Positions 54,316 to 63,525 of a DNA stretch of 64,000 nt are shown here, one piece after another. The translations under genes and the position numbers were made by a program. This DNA comes from an uncultured Chloroflexia bacterium. Its GTDB lineage: Bacteria > Chloroflexota > Limnocylindria > QHBO01. How positions within the stretch are numbered: the stretch's first letter is position 1; every line of letters begins with the position of its first letter. The notes under the pieces were generated by a model. That model saw only the letters and a program-made list of their open reading frames with translations. It was not told the DNA's origin and made no database searches. The DNA is taken from positions 169,211 through 233,210 of the forward strand of contig CAVYGE010000002.1 in NCBI GenBank assembly GCA_963767985.1, given 5' to 3'.

Positions 54316-54332
54316 GATGATCTCCAGTGCAT

Positions 54333-54368
54333 GAAGAAGGGGCGGCCCGGTCGATCCGGGCCGCCCCT
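54333..54368 (-). terminator. Intrinsic terminator between the ferritin-like lipoprotein and cupredoxin genes
   Basis: 13-bp perfect stem AGGGGCGGCCCGG/CCGGGCCGCCCCT followed by TCTTC on the minus strand. Confidence 0.65.
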
Positions 54369-54384
54369 CGGAGGGAGAAGCCTG

Positions 54385-55650
54385 CTAGAAGGCGTCCGGC
54401 TGGGCTTCCACGATCGCCGGGGCGAGCGCGTCACCGATCATGCGCATGTGCATGGCGGCGGTGCGGTCGGCATCGGCAGCCGCGGCAGCGTCACCCGATG
54501 CCTGGGCATCGACGACGGCCTTGGTCTGCAGGACGTGGTCGGTCACCAGCGAGGTGATCGCGTCCTCCGGCAGCCCGGTGGCGCCGGCCAGGAAGGAGCT
54601 GAACTCGGGCACGTAGATCGTCGTGAGATCCTCGACGGCCTTGTCCTGCACGGCCTGGTCGTCGGTGGCCACACCGGTGGTGTAGTCGACGAAGAAGCCG
54701 TTATGGGCGCTCCAGATGCGGTTCCACTCGTCCTCGGCCTCCTGGCCGTAGATCGAGCCGATGGCGGCGCCGAGATCGGTGCCGTTCGTGTTCAGCGCGG
54801 CGCCGGCCGCGGCGAACTCGTCGTTCCGGCCGCCCAGGGCGGCATCGGTGGCGAAGCTGGCCAGGAACAGGTGCTCCTGGAGGAGCTGGTTCAGCGCAAC
54901 ACGGAAGTCGACGCCGGCCGTGGCCGCATCGCCTTCGATGTCGTTCGTCTCGGCGATGGCCGGGGCCAACGCGTCACCGATCATCTGCATGTGCGCATAG
55001 GCGGCGCGGATGGCGTCGTAGGTCGCCTCCCAGTCACCGGCGGCCTGGGCATCCACGACCGCGGCGGTCTGGACGACGTGATCGGTCACCAGCGAGGTGA
55101 TCGCGTCCTCCGGCAGCCCGGTGGCGCCGGCCAGGAAGGAGCTGAACTCGGGCACGTAGATCGTCGTGAGATCCTCGACGGCCTTGTCCTGCACGGCCTG
55201 GTCGTCGGTGGCCACACCGGTGGTGTAGTCGACGAAGAAGCCGTTATGGGCGCTCCAGATGCGGTTCCACTCGTCCTCGGCCTCCTGGCCGTAGATCGAG
55301 CCGATGGCGGCGCCGAGATCGGTGCCGTTCGTGTTCAGCAGGCCACCGTAGGCGGTGAACTGATCGCTGCGGCCGTCGAGCGCTGCACCGGTCGCCTTGG
55401 CGGCCAGGATGAGGTGCTCGCCGAGCAGGTAGTTGAGGTCGGTACGCAGGTTCGCGGCATCACTCGTGATGTCGCCACCCATGCCGCCCATGTCGTGGGA
55501 CTCTTCGGGAGCCATCGACTCCGCGGCCATGGATTCGGGGGCCATCGATTCGGCCGCGGACGGCTCGGTGGATGTGCCCGGGGTGGACGTGCAGGCGGCG
55601 AGGGCCATGATGCCCGCGAGCGCCAGCGACGTCGGCTTCCAGGTTCGCAC
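54385..55650 (-). CDS. Lipoprotein with two tandem helical His/Glu-rich domains (family often labelled 'copper amine oxidase'-like, but no amine oxidase catalytic domain seen)
   Basis: AAGGAG SD and GTG start, lipobox LAAC, Met/His linker, two copies of (LL.EH...IWSAH.GFFVDY...DHV...HM.MIGDALA). Confidence 0.8.
   Translation of the reverse strand: MRTWKPTSLALAGIMALAACTSTPGTSTEPSAAESMAPESMAAESMAPEESHDMGGMGGDITSDAANLRTDLNYLLGEHLILAAKATGAALDGRSDQFTAYGGLLNTNGTDLGAAIGSIYGQEAEDEWNRIWSAHNGFFVDYTTGVATDDQAVQDKAVEDLTTIYVPEFSSFLAGATGLPEDAITSLVTDHVVQTAAVVDAQAAGDWEATYDAIRAAYAHMQMIGDALAPAIAETNDIEGDAATAGVDFRVALNQLLQEHLFLASFATDAALGGRNDEFAAAGAALNTNGTDLGAAIGSIYGQEAEDEWNRIWSAHNGFFVDYTTGVATDDQAVQDKAVEDLTTIYVPEFSSFLAGATGLPEDAITSLVTDHVLQTKAVVDAQASGDAAAAADADRTAAMHMRMIGDALAPAIVEAQPDAF
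54539..55339. repeat. 258-bp perfect direct repeat (54539-54796 and 55082-55339)
   Basis: Base-by-base comparison shows identity; offset 543 nt (181 codons). Confidence 0.92.
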
Positions 55651-56065
55651 TAGGGGTTCTCCTTGGTTTCGAATGGACCGCGACTTGCGATCCCCTCCGA
55701 TACGCCGGAGCGCCGGTTCTGAATCATCCGCGCATGGAAGCCCATGGTCCGGGGTGCGCGGCCCGTGTGTGGCACGTCCCCTGCATCGCGCACATCGGGT
55801 TCGAGCAGGCGCGCAGGGGGACGTGACGTGCTGATCGATACGAGAGCGGCCGCGGACGACGAACCGCGGCGGATGGCTTCCGGGGTTCCGGCCTTGGACA
55901 GCGGTGGTGAGGATGCGGAGGAGGATGCCGCCGACGGGCCCTGGACGACTGACCCGGACGAGTGGCCGCCGCACTTCGGCGCAGCTCGCCTCGGCATTCC
56001 CTGAAGGCACCGATCCGTCATCGGTTCGTCATCAGGCCGTCACACGACACTGAGACCCTCCGTGC

Positions 56066-56677
56066 ATGGGCCTCATCGGCGACCTCGAGCGCTTCTTCGG
56101 CGAGTACGTGTTCCCGCTGCGGGTGCCCATCGCCATCGGGCTGGGGCTCGTGCTCCTCGCGCTGGCGGTGCTCGCCTGGCGACGCCGTTGGGATCGGCCC
56201 ATCCGCCGGCATCCCGGACGTGCTCTCGCAATCGCGGTGCCCCTGCTCCTTGTCCTGGTTCCTGCGGGGTGGGTGCTGGGGTCACCGCTCATCATTCGCA
56301 GCGAGCTCGTCGAGGCCGATCCGATCGTGGCGTCCAGCCCGGGTGCCTCACCCGTGCTGCTGGCCGGGGAGTTCGTCGGCGCGGATGAGTTTCACTTCGG
56401 AAGCGGGCAGGCACGGATCGTCGAGACCGACGACGGGTTCGTTCTGCGGTTCGAGGACTTCAGCGTGCTGAACGGCCCCGATCTCCACGTCTACCTTTCC
56501 CCCAGCCCGGACGGCTACGCGGAGGACGCGGTCGACCTGGGGGCCCTGCGCGCCACCGATGGGAGCTTCAACGTCGACCTGCCCGCCGAACTCGACCTCG
56601 ATGCGGTCGCCAGCGTCGTCATCTGGTGCGAGCCGTTCGCCGTCCAGTTCGCGCACGCAGCGCTGGGGAGCCCATAG
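56066..56677 (+). CDS. DM13 domain membrane protein
   Basis: Two TM segments, then G.FVGADEFHFGSG.A, LRFEDFSVLNGPDLHVYLS, DLG.L....G..N, VVIWCEPF.V.F. Confidence 0.88.
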   Translation: MGLIGDLERFFGEYVFPLRVPIAIGLGLVLLALAVLAWRRRWDRPIRRHPGRALAIAVPLLLVLVPAGWVLGSPLIIRSELVEADPIVASSPGASPVLLAGEFVGADEFHFGSGQARIVETDDGFVLRFEDFSVLNGPDLHVYLSPSPDGYAEDAVDLGALRATDGSFNVDLPAELDLDAVASVVIWCEPFAVQFAHAALGSP

Positions 56678-56903
56678 GCCGGGCGATCTCAATTCGGAAT
56701 TGCGCGGCTCACGCTGATATGTCGGCCAAAATTGCGCTTGGCGCCCGCTTCGGGCGGCGTTCCGGCGATTTGTCGTGCGCCGGGGCGCGTGAGCAGTAGC
56801 CTCGGGCGGCTATCAGGCGCGACCGTAGCCGATAGATCGTCGGAACTGCGCCCGTGCGACGCGTCCGGCGCGAATCCGTGGATAGATCGGCACGTCCGGT
56901 CGT

Positions 56904-56978
56904 TGGCTGGGGAGGAAGGATTCGAACCTTCGATCTCCTGATCCAGAGTCAGGCGCCTTACCGCTTGGCCACTCCCCA
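56904..56978 (-). tRNA. tRNA-Gln (anticodon CTG)
   Basis: TGGGGAGTGGCCAAGCGGTAAGGCGCCTGACTCTGGATCAGGAGATCGAAGGTTCGAATCCTTCCTCCCCAGCCA; cloverleaf, encoded CCA, TGcTATCAT box upstream. Confidence 0.97.
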
Positions 56979-57020
56979 GTGCGCGAGGCCGACCGATGAT
57001 AGCAAAGGCCGCCCGGAGCC

Positions 57021-57990
57021 TCAGGACGGCGCCTGGTCTTCCCGGCGCTTCGGCTTCGGGCGACGCTTTGCCTCCGCCTCTCCCGGATGTTGGTGCTCGG
57101 CGGGCCGAGGCTCCCGATCGGGCGAGTTCATCACCGCCACGAGGTGCGCCGCCAGCAGGATCACCGACGATGCGACGAGCGCCCACGTGAGCACGGCGGC
57201 CAGCCCGGCGATCGGCCCGTAAGCGGAGTCGAATCCGCCGAAGGTGCGGACGTAGGTCGTAAAGCCGACCTGCGCCACCCGCAGCGCGACGGCCCCCACG
57301 GCGGCGCCGATCAGCGCCGTCTGCCACGTCGCCGCACGGCGCGGGATGAGATAGAAGAGCAGGAAGAGCGCGGTGCCGATGAAAAGGACCGGTACGACCT
57401 GGCTCTGTGCCAGCACCCTGACCGAAGTCGGCAGATTGAGGAGCTCGCCGGCAAAGGCGAAGACCACGTCGGCCACGCCTGCCATGGCCAGCAGCGCGCC
57501 GATGGTGAGAACCATGACGATCCGCTCGACCTGCCGCTTCCAGAAGCCGGGCGGCTCGATCTCGTGCCACATGAGGTTGATGGCGGTGATCAGGCTGGCG
57601 AAGACGCGGCTGCCGGAGAAGAGCAGGAAGCCGATGGCGGCGGCCACGGCCGCACCGCTGGCATCCACGGTCTGGCCCACGATCTCCTCGATGACGCCCT
57701 GCTGTCCCGGCAGGAAGCGTGCGACCTGGTCGACCAGGAAGCTGCGTGCGGACTCGGCGCCAACGAGCACGACGCCGATCGAGACCGCGGCGATCAGCAG
57801 CGGCGGCACCGACAGGACGAGGTAGAAGGCCACCGCCCCCGACCACTGCAGGCCCTCCTCGTCGACGAAGTTGGTGATCGTGCGCCGGACGACCCGCCAG
57901 GCGGGCCGGATGCGCTTGGGAAGGTGTCGGTCGATCGCCGGTCGGATGCTTCGCCGCTCCCGCCGCGCGTGCGATGCGCGGCACTGCGTT
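57021..57990 (-). CDS. YihY/virulence factor BrkB family membrane protein (start uncertain)
   Basis: AVAFYLVLSVPPLL, FYLIP, GA.VG, YV..F....SAYG.I.G....L.W. Confidence 0.85.
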
Positions 57991-58130
57991 GGATTGCGTG
58001 TCGGTCTGATGAGGATACGTCGCTCGCCATTGGTCCGGCATCGGGTAGCCATACCGGTATCTGGCGGTCCCGCCCGGCCGCCGATACGGTTCGGGCACGG
58101 GGGGATCCACCACCGCAAGGGAAGAAGTCG

Positions 58131-58490
58131 ATGCAGCAGGTTCAGCCGGGCGAATGGCGCAGGTTCGGGTTCGGGGGACCGCCGGAGCCGTGGGATCACA
58201 ACGCCCAGCGCGACCTGGACCGGCTGGCGACCTCCTACTACGTCGAGATCCTGGCCTGCCGTCGCGCGATCGTGGGAAGCGGCGCCGATGACGCGACCCG
58301 CACCCGGGTCGAGGAGCTGTTCGCGACCGCCGAGCGCCACAAGCACGAGGTGGATTTCTCGCTGCGCCACTGGGCCACCCCCGTCGAGCGAGCCCGAGTC
58401 GAGGATCGGCTCGGGTCGCTCATGCGCATCGGCATCCGCCTGCGCGAGATCCGCGACGCGCCACCATCGGATCCCGCCTCGGCCGCCTAG
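58131..58490 (+). CDS. Hypothetical helical protein (119 aa)
   Basis: AAGGGA SD, GC3-biased ORF MQQVQPGEWRRFGF... Confidence 0.6.
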   Translation: MQQVQPGEWRRFGFGGPPEPWDHNAQRDLDRLATSYYVEILACRRAIVGSGADDATRTRVEELFATAERHKHEVDFSLRHWATPVERARVEDRLGSLMRIGIRLREIRDAPPSDPASAA

Positions 58491-58540
58491 CTCCTCGCCA
58501 CAGGAGGTAGAACGCGGCCCCGCCGCCTAGACTCACGAGC

Positions 58541-59515
58541 ATGCCCCGCATGCCGACCCTCGCCGATGTCAACGCCGCGACGGCGCGCCTGCATGGCATC
58601 GCCTTCCACACGCCGCTCGAGCCGAGCCGCGAGCTGGCCGATGCGACCGGCGCCGCCGACGTCCGCCTGAAGCGCGAAGAGGTCCAGCCGACCGGCGCCT
58701 TCAAGATCCGCGGCGCGCACAACAAGGTCGCGATCGTGGCCTCGGAGCGGCCCGAGGCGGCGCTCGTCACGGCAAGCAGCGGGAACCACGGCATCGCAAC
58801 CGCGACCGCCGCCATGCGCCACGACATGCGGCTCACCGTGCTGGTCGGGCGGTCCGTCTCGCCGGCCAAGCTCGAGCGGCTGCGCGCGCTCGAGACGAAC
58901 CGCATCACGGTCGAGCTGACGGGGAACGACACCGATGACGCCGAGGCCGAGGCCCGCCGCCGGGACGACGCCGGCCACGCCATCTACATCCCGCCCTACA
59001 ACGACCCCGACGTGATCGCCGGACAGGCAACGGTCGGCGTCGAGATCCTCGCCGACTGGCCGGAGGTCGACACGATCGTCGTACCGATCGGCGGCGGGGG
59101 CCTGATCGCCGGCGTCGGCCTGTGGGCCAAGGCCATGAAGCCGAAGCTGCGGCTCATCGGCGTGCAGCCGACCGCGTCGCCGCCGATGTACGCGCATCTC
59201 GAGACCGGCTCCACCGACCCCATGCCGATCGCGCCGACGCTCGCCGACGGTGTGGCCGGCAACGTCGAGAAGGCCAGCATCACCTGGAAGATGTGCAAGC
59301 AGCTCGTGGATGAGATCGTCCTCGTCGAGGAGGACGAGATCGCATCGGCCATGCGCTGGGCCATCGAGGTGCCGCACATCCTGCTCGAGGGCAGTGCGGT
59401 CCTGGGCATCGCCGCGCTCCGCCCCGGATTGCTCGATGTGCGCGGTCGGAACGTGGCCGTGGTGACCACCGGCCGCAACGTCGGCCCCGACACGCTGAGA
59501 ACGCTCCTCGGCTGA
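58541..59515 (+). CDS. Threonine/serine dehydratase (PLP, no ACT domain)
   Basis: LKREEVQPTGAFKIRGA, SSGNHG, PIGGGGLIAG, TLADG, TGRN. Confidence 0.9.
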   Translation: MPRMPTLADVNAATARLHGIAFHTPLEPSRELADATGAADVRLKREEVQPTGAFKIRGAHNKVAIVASERPEAALVTASSGNHGIATATAAMRHDMRLTVLVGRSVSPAKLERLRALETNRITVELTGNDTDDAEAEARRRDDAGHAIYIPPYNDPDVIAGQATVGVEILADWPEVDTIVVPIGGGGLIAGVGLWAKAMKPKLRLIGVQPTASPPMYAHLETGSTDPMPIAPTLADGVAGNVEKASITWKMCKQLVDEIVLVEEDEIASAMRWAIEVPHILLEGSAVLGIAALRPGLLDVRGRNVAVVTTGRNVGPDTLRTLLG

Positions 59516-59545
59516 GCTGGCGCGCGGCTTGCGACGGGCAACCGC

Positions 59546-60061
59546 ATGTTCTTCGACGACTGGACCGGGATCTGGCGCACGCTGTTGGTCGGCGCGCTGG
59601 CGTACATCGCGCTGATCGCCCTGGTTCGCGTGGCGGGGAAGCGGACGTTGGCGAAGATGAATGCCTTCGACCTGATCGTGACCGTGGCGCTGGGATCCAC
59701 GCTTGCCACCATCCTGCTCTCCGAGGACGTCGCACTGGCGGAGGGGGTGGCCGCCTTTACCCTGCTCATCGGCCTCCAGCTCCTCATCACGTGGCTGTCG
59801 GTGCGCACCAGGGTGGTGCCCGCGCTCGTGAAGTCCGAACCGACGCTGCTCGTCTTCCGCGGTCGGCAGCTGGACGACGCAATCCGCGCGCAGCGTGTCA
59901 GCGAGGCGGAGGTCCTGCAGGCGGTTCGGCAGCGCGGATTCGCCAGCGTGGCCGACGTGCACGCCATCGTGCTGGAGACCGATGGCAGCTTCTCGGTCAT
60001 CGGTGCGGCGGAAGCGACGCAGGAATCCGCCTTGCGCAACGTCTCCGGCTGGCGGGACTAG
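59546..60061 (+). CDS. DUF421/YetF family membrane protein
   Basis: GKRTLAKMNAFDLIVTVALGS, P.LLV..G, LETDGSFSVI. Confidence 0.9.
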   Translation: MFFDDWTGIWRTLLVGALAYIALIALVRVAGKRTLAKMNAFDLIVTVALGSTLATILLSEDVALAEGVAAFTLLIGLQLLITWLSVRTRVVPALVKSEPTLLVFRGRQLDDAIRAQRVSEAEVLQAVRQRGFASVADVHAIVLETDGSFSVIGAAEATQESALRNVSGWRD

Positions 60062-60786
60062 CGGTTTTCGGGACGCTTGCCGAAGAGCAGCGCCGCCAGG
60101 ACTCCGGCCACGTAGCCGAGCAGCACGAGCCCGCCGAACATGATGAGCAGGGCGACGATGCGTCCGCCCAGCGTGACCGGCTCGGACGAGGCGCCGACGG
60201 TGGTGAGCGTCGCCGACGCCCACCACAGCGCCTCGGCGTAGTCGGTGATCTGCGAGTCGGGCGCATCGGCCTCGAACATCAGCAGCACCGCCGAGCCGAG
60301 AAAGGCAGCGGTCAGCGCAAGTCCTCCTGCATAGCCGGCCCGTGACCAGGCCAGCACTCCGCGAAGGCTCCGGGCCGTCCGGTTGAACCCCGCCAGGACG
60401 CGCAGCGAGTTCGTGGCGCGCAGCACGCGGATGGCGCGCAGGACCCGGAACGCCCGCAGGAACGGCACGAGCAGGGAGAGGGCCGTCAGCCAGTTGCGGC
60501 GCAGGTAGCGGCCGCGGTCCGGGCTGATGGTGACTCCGAGCAGGAAGTGGACGACGAAGACGGCCCAGATGCCGAGCTGGATCCAGCCGAGCACCGCCGG
60601 GACGGGCGAGTCCTGCGCGGTGAGGACGATCTCGGCGATGAGGAGCGCGGCGAAGAGCAGCGCCAGGAACGTCGTCGGCCCGTCGAGCACGGCCTCGATC
60701 TCGGCCACCAGGCGGTAGCGCTCGGCCCGTGTCCCATCGGCCTCGTTCGGCGGCTGGTCCGCGCTGCGGACGGCGTCATCGGTCAT
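60058..60786 (-). CDS. Ion transporter / potassium channel family protein
   Basis: S4-like RAFRVLRAIRVLR, Y.EALWW...TLTTVG, P.T..GRI. Confidence 0.82.
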   Translation of the reverse strand: MTDDAVRSADQPPNEADGTRAERYRLVAEIEAVLDGPTTFLALLFAALLIAEIVLTAQDSPVPAVLGWIQLGIWAVFVVHFLLGVTISPDRGRYLRRNWLTALSLLVPFLRAFRVLRAIRVLRATNSLRVLAGFNRTARSLRGVLAWSRAGYAGGLALTAAFLGSAVLLMFEADAPDSQITDYAEALWWASATLTTVGASSEPVTLGGRIVALLIMFGGLVLLGYVAGVLAALLFGKRPENR

Positions 60787-60862
60787 GGGAATCGAGGCTA
60801 ACAGGCCGGGTGGTATCGGTCTTGCGGCCCTGAGGGTCGTAGGAACATCCCAAGGAGAAGCA

Positions 60863-61162
60863 GTGCTTCAGATCACCCACGACGCGGCGACCTTCCTTTC
60901 CGAGCTCCGCCGCGGCCAGGACGTGCCCGAGACGTACGGCCTGCGCGTCTTTCCCGAGTCGACCGAGCCCGGCGAGATCACGATCGGCCTGGGCTTTACC
61001 GAGCAGCCGGCCGATGGCGACCAGGTGACCGAGCAGGACGGCCTGCGCGTGTTTGTGGCCCCCGAGCTGGCGACCCCGCTCGAGAGCGCGACGATCGACG
61101 TCACCGAGGAGGCCGGCGCCGAGCGCCTCGTCTTCCGCCCGCAGAGCGAGCTCCAGAACTAG
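60863..61162 (+). CDS. HesB/IscA-like small protein lacking Cys
   Basis: AAGGAG SD; L.IT..A...GLRV...P..GDQV.EQDGLRVFV...L...TID. Confidence 0.65.
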   Translation: MLQITHDAATFLSELRRGQDVPETYGLRVFPESTEPGEITIGLGFTEQPADGDQVTEQDGLRVFVAPELATPLESATIDVTEEAGAERLVFRPQSELQN

Positions 61163-61176
61163 TCGACGGCCGGGGT

Positions 61177-62115
61177 CTACTCGAGGGCCCCGGCCCACCA
61201 TCCCTCATCCGCGGGCTCCGGCGAGGCAACCTCCTCGAGGACGTCGAGGCGCCGCTCCATCTCGGCAAATGCTTCCCATGCGAGCTCCGGCGTGACCTCC
61301 GAGAACCGCACCCGGTCCCCGGGCCGCACCTGTGCCACGCGGCCGATGTCGGCGCGGATCACGCACGCCGGCACCGGGTAGCCGCCGGTCACCGGCCGAT
61401 CGCCGAGCATCGCGATCGGGCGACCGTCGGGCGGGACCTGAATGGCCCCGAGAGGCAGGCCCATCGACTCGACCTCGGCCGGCTCGATCCGTATCCGTGG
61501 CCCATCGAGCCGGATGCCGGTCCGGTCCGCCTGCTCGCTCACGGTCCACTCGCCGTCCAGCAGCTGCGCAACGCCATCGCCGTCCAGCGCGGGGACGACA
61601 CGAATCGACCCGCCCGGCCATTCCGCGCCCCATCGGAACAGCGACCGACCGGATTGACCGGCCTCCAGCCGATCACCCGCGCGCAATGCCCGGCCGGCGT
61701 GCCCGCCGAACCCACTCCGCAGGTTGGTCGCGCGTGAACCGAGAACGATGTCCACCTCGATTCCCCCGGCGATCGCGACGTACGCGCGCGCTCCACGGCC
61801 GCGCCGCAAGCGCAGCACCGACCCGGCACGCACCGGGCGGCCGGCACCGGACGGCAGCGGAAGGCCGTCGAGCGTCGCATCGAAACGCGAGCCCGTGACG
61901 GCCACCGCCGATGGCGCACCGAAGCGCAAGCTCGGTCCGCTCATCGTGACCTCCAAGAGCGCGTCGTCGTCCCGGTTGCCCACCAGGCGGTTGGCGAGGC
62001 GCGCGCTCCACGGATCGGCGGCACCGCCGACACCGATCCCGAGGTGGCGCCAGCCCGGGCGGCCGGCGGGGGTCTGGACGGTCGTCAGGGCGCCCGGCTC
62101 CATGACCTCGATCAT
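61177..62115 (-). CDS. pxpC: 5-oxoprolinase subunit C (KipA family)
   Basis: PG.LTTVQ..GR.G, GG.AD..S..LANRLVGN, G.RAY, DRTGIRL, GAIQVPPDG.P, TGGYP. Confidence 0.9.
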   Translation of the reverse strand: MIEVMEPGALTTVQTPAGRPGWRHLGIGVGGAADPWSARLANRLVGNRDDDALLEVTMSGPSLRFGAPSAVAVTGSRFDATLDGLPLPSGAGRPVRAGSVLRLRRGRGARAYVAIAGGIEVDIVLGSRATNLRSGFGGHAGRALRAGDRLEAGQSGRSLFRWGAEWPGGSIRVVPALDGDGVAQLLDGEWTVSEQADRTGIRLDGPRIRIEPAEVESMGLPLGAIQVPPDGRPIAMLGDRPVTGGYPVPACVIRADIGRVAQVRPGDRVRFSEVTPELAWEAFAEMERRLDVLEEVASPEPADEGWWAGALE

Positions 62116-62720
62116 GCGCGCGCGAACCGCACGACGTCCCCCGGCACGAGAAGCGTCGGCGGATCCGACGCCGGGTCGAACATCGCAACCTCCGTGCGGC
62201 CGATGACCCGCCACCCTCCGGGCAGGTCGGCCGGGTAGATCCCGCTCAGCGATCCGGCAATCGCCACCGATCCGGCCGGCGTCGTCGTCCGGGGGGTGGC
62301 GAGCCGCTCGACGCGAAGCTCGTCCGGCAGGTCGCCGAGGTAGGCGAAGCCGGGCGCGAACCCGCAGAACAGCACCCGCAGCTCGGCCTGCGTGTGCAGG
62401 GCGACCACCTCGTCCACCGATCGCCCCGTCAGGCGGGCGACCTCGTCGAGGTCCGGGCCGTCGTAGCTCACCGGAATCGTGTGCCGCCGGCCAACGGGCA
62501 CGGTGGCCGGCAGGCCCTGGATGCGCTCCTCGACGGTCGCTCCCAGGCCGGGCGCATCCGGGTGCATCGGATCGAGCTCGACCAACACCGACCGCAGGCC
62601 GGGCACCGCCTCGATCACCGCGGCGGGCGGATCGCGGCGCAGATCGGCGGCGAGAAGCTGGGCCCGATCAGCCGAGTCGAGCTCGACCAGGAGAGCCGCC
62701 TCACCGAAGGGTCGGATCAC
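62112..62720 (-). CDS. pxpB: 5-oxoprolinase subunit B (KipI family)
   Basis: IPVSYDGPDL, GFAPGFAYL, R..TPR...PAGSVAIAG, GIYP...PGGW..IGRT. Confidence 0.92.
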   Translation of the reverse strand: MIRPFGEAALLVELDSADRAQLLAADLRRDPPAAVIEAVPGLRSVLVELDPMHPDAPGLGATVEERIQGLPATVPVGRRHTIPVSYDGPDLDEVARLTGRSVDEVVALHTQAELRVLFCGFAPGFAYLGDLPDELRVERLATPRTTTPAGSVAIAGSLSGIYPADLPGGWRVIGRTEVAMFDPASDPPTLLVPGDVVRFARA

Positions 62721-63475
62721 GATTCCCGGACGGATCCCACGCTCACGCCGCTCTCCTCGAGGACGCGGCGAACGGCGGTGGCGATCTCGACGGCCCCCGG
62801 CGTGTCCCCGTGGCAGCAGATGCTCTCCGCAGTCACGGTGGCGGGCGTCCCGTCCGAAGCGATGGCGCGACGGTCAACGGCGATCGACCGAGCCTGCTCG
62901 GCAGCCGCCTCGGGGTCCGAGATGACCGAGCCCGATTCGGCACGCGGCTGGAGCGACCCGTCGGGCAGGTACCGCCGATCCGCAAAGGCCTCCGGCACGA
63001 ACCGCAGGCCCGCGTCGGCCGCCGCGTTGCCCATGGCCGCGGACGAGGCGAGGCCGAACAGGGCCAGGTCTCGGCTGAAGCTGGCGGTGGCGCGCGCGAT
63101 CGCCGTCGCCAGCCGCGGGTCGGCGGCGGCAGAGTTGTAGAGGGCGCCGTGGGGTTTCACGTGCTGCATCTCGATCCGGTTGGCGCGGCAGAAGGCCTCG
63201 AGCGCGCCGATCTGGTAGCGAACCAGGGACTCGACCTCGTCCGGTGCGAACGGGATGGGTCGCCGTCCGAACCCTGCGAGGTCGGGGTAGCCGGGCTGCG
63301 CACCGACCGCGACCCCGGCCTCGCGGCACAGCGCGACGGTCAACTCCATCACCCCGGGGTCGCCGGCGTGGAATCCGCACGCGACGTTCGCGCTGGTGAT
63401 CTGCCTGACCAGGCGCGGGTCGTCGCCGAGCGTCCAGCGCCCGAAGCTCTCGCCGAGATCAGCGTTGAGGTCCAT
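62717..63475 (-). CDS. pxpA: 5-oxoprolinase subunit A (LamB/YcsF)
   Basis: DLNADLGESFG, SANVACGFHAGDP, HVKPHGALYN, EAFADRRY, CCHGDTP. Confidence 0.95.
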   Translation of the reverse strand: MDLNADLGESFGRWTLGDDPRLVRQITSANVACGFHAGDPGVMELTVALCREAGVAVGAQPGYPDLAGFGRRPIPFAPDEVESLVRYQIGALEAFCRANRIEMQHVKPHGALYNSAAADPRLATAIARATASFSRDLALFGLASSAAMGNAAADAGLRFVPEAFADRRYLPDGSLQPRAESGSVISDPEAAAEQARSIAVDRRAIASDGTPATVTAESICCHGDTPGAVEIATAVRRVLEESGVSVGSVRES

Positions 63476-63525
63476 GAGGCGACACATGCTAGCCGCGGGT
63501 CGTCGCTCGGCGGTAGCATCGGCGC

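Noticed and set aside
54385-55650. True copper amine oxidase
   Set aside because: Too short, all-helical and duplicated, with no TPQ consensus (T-x-x-N-Y-D/E) seen.
56678-56903. Integrative element or att site at the tRNA-Gln 3' end
   Set aside because: No integrase and no duplicated tRNA 3' end found by eye; only local hairpins and a short GATCTATC repeat.
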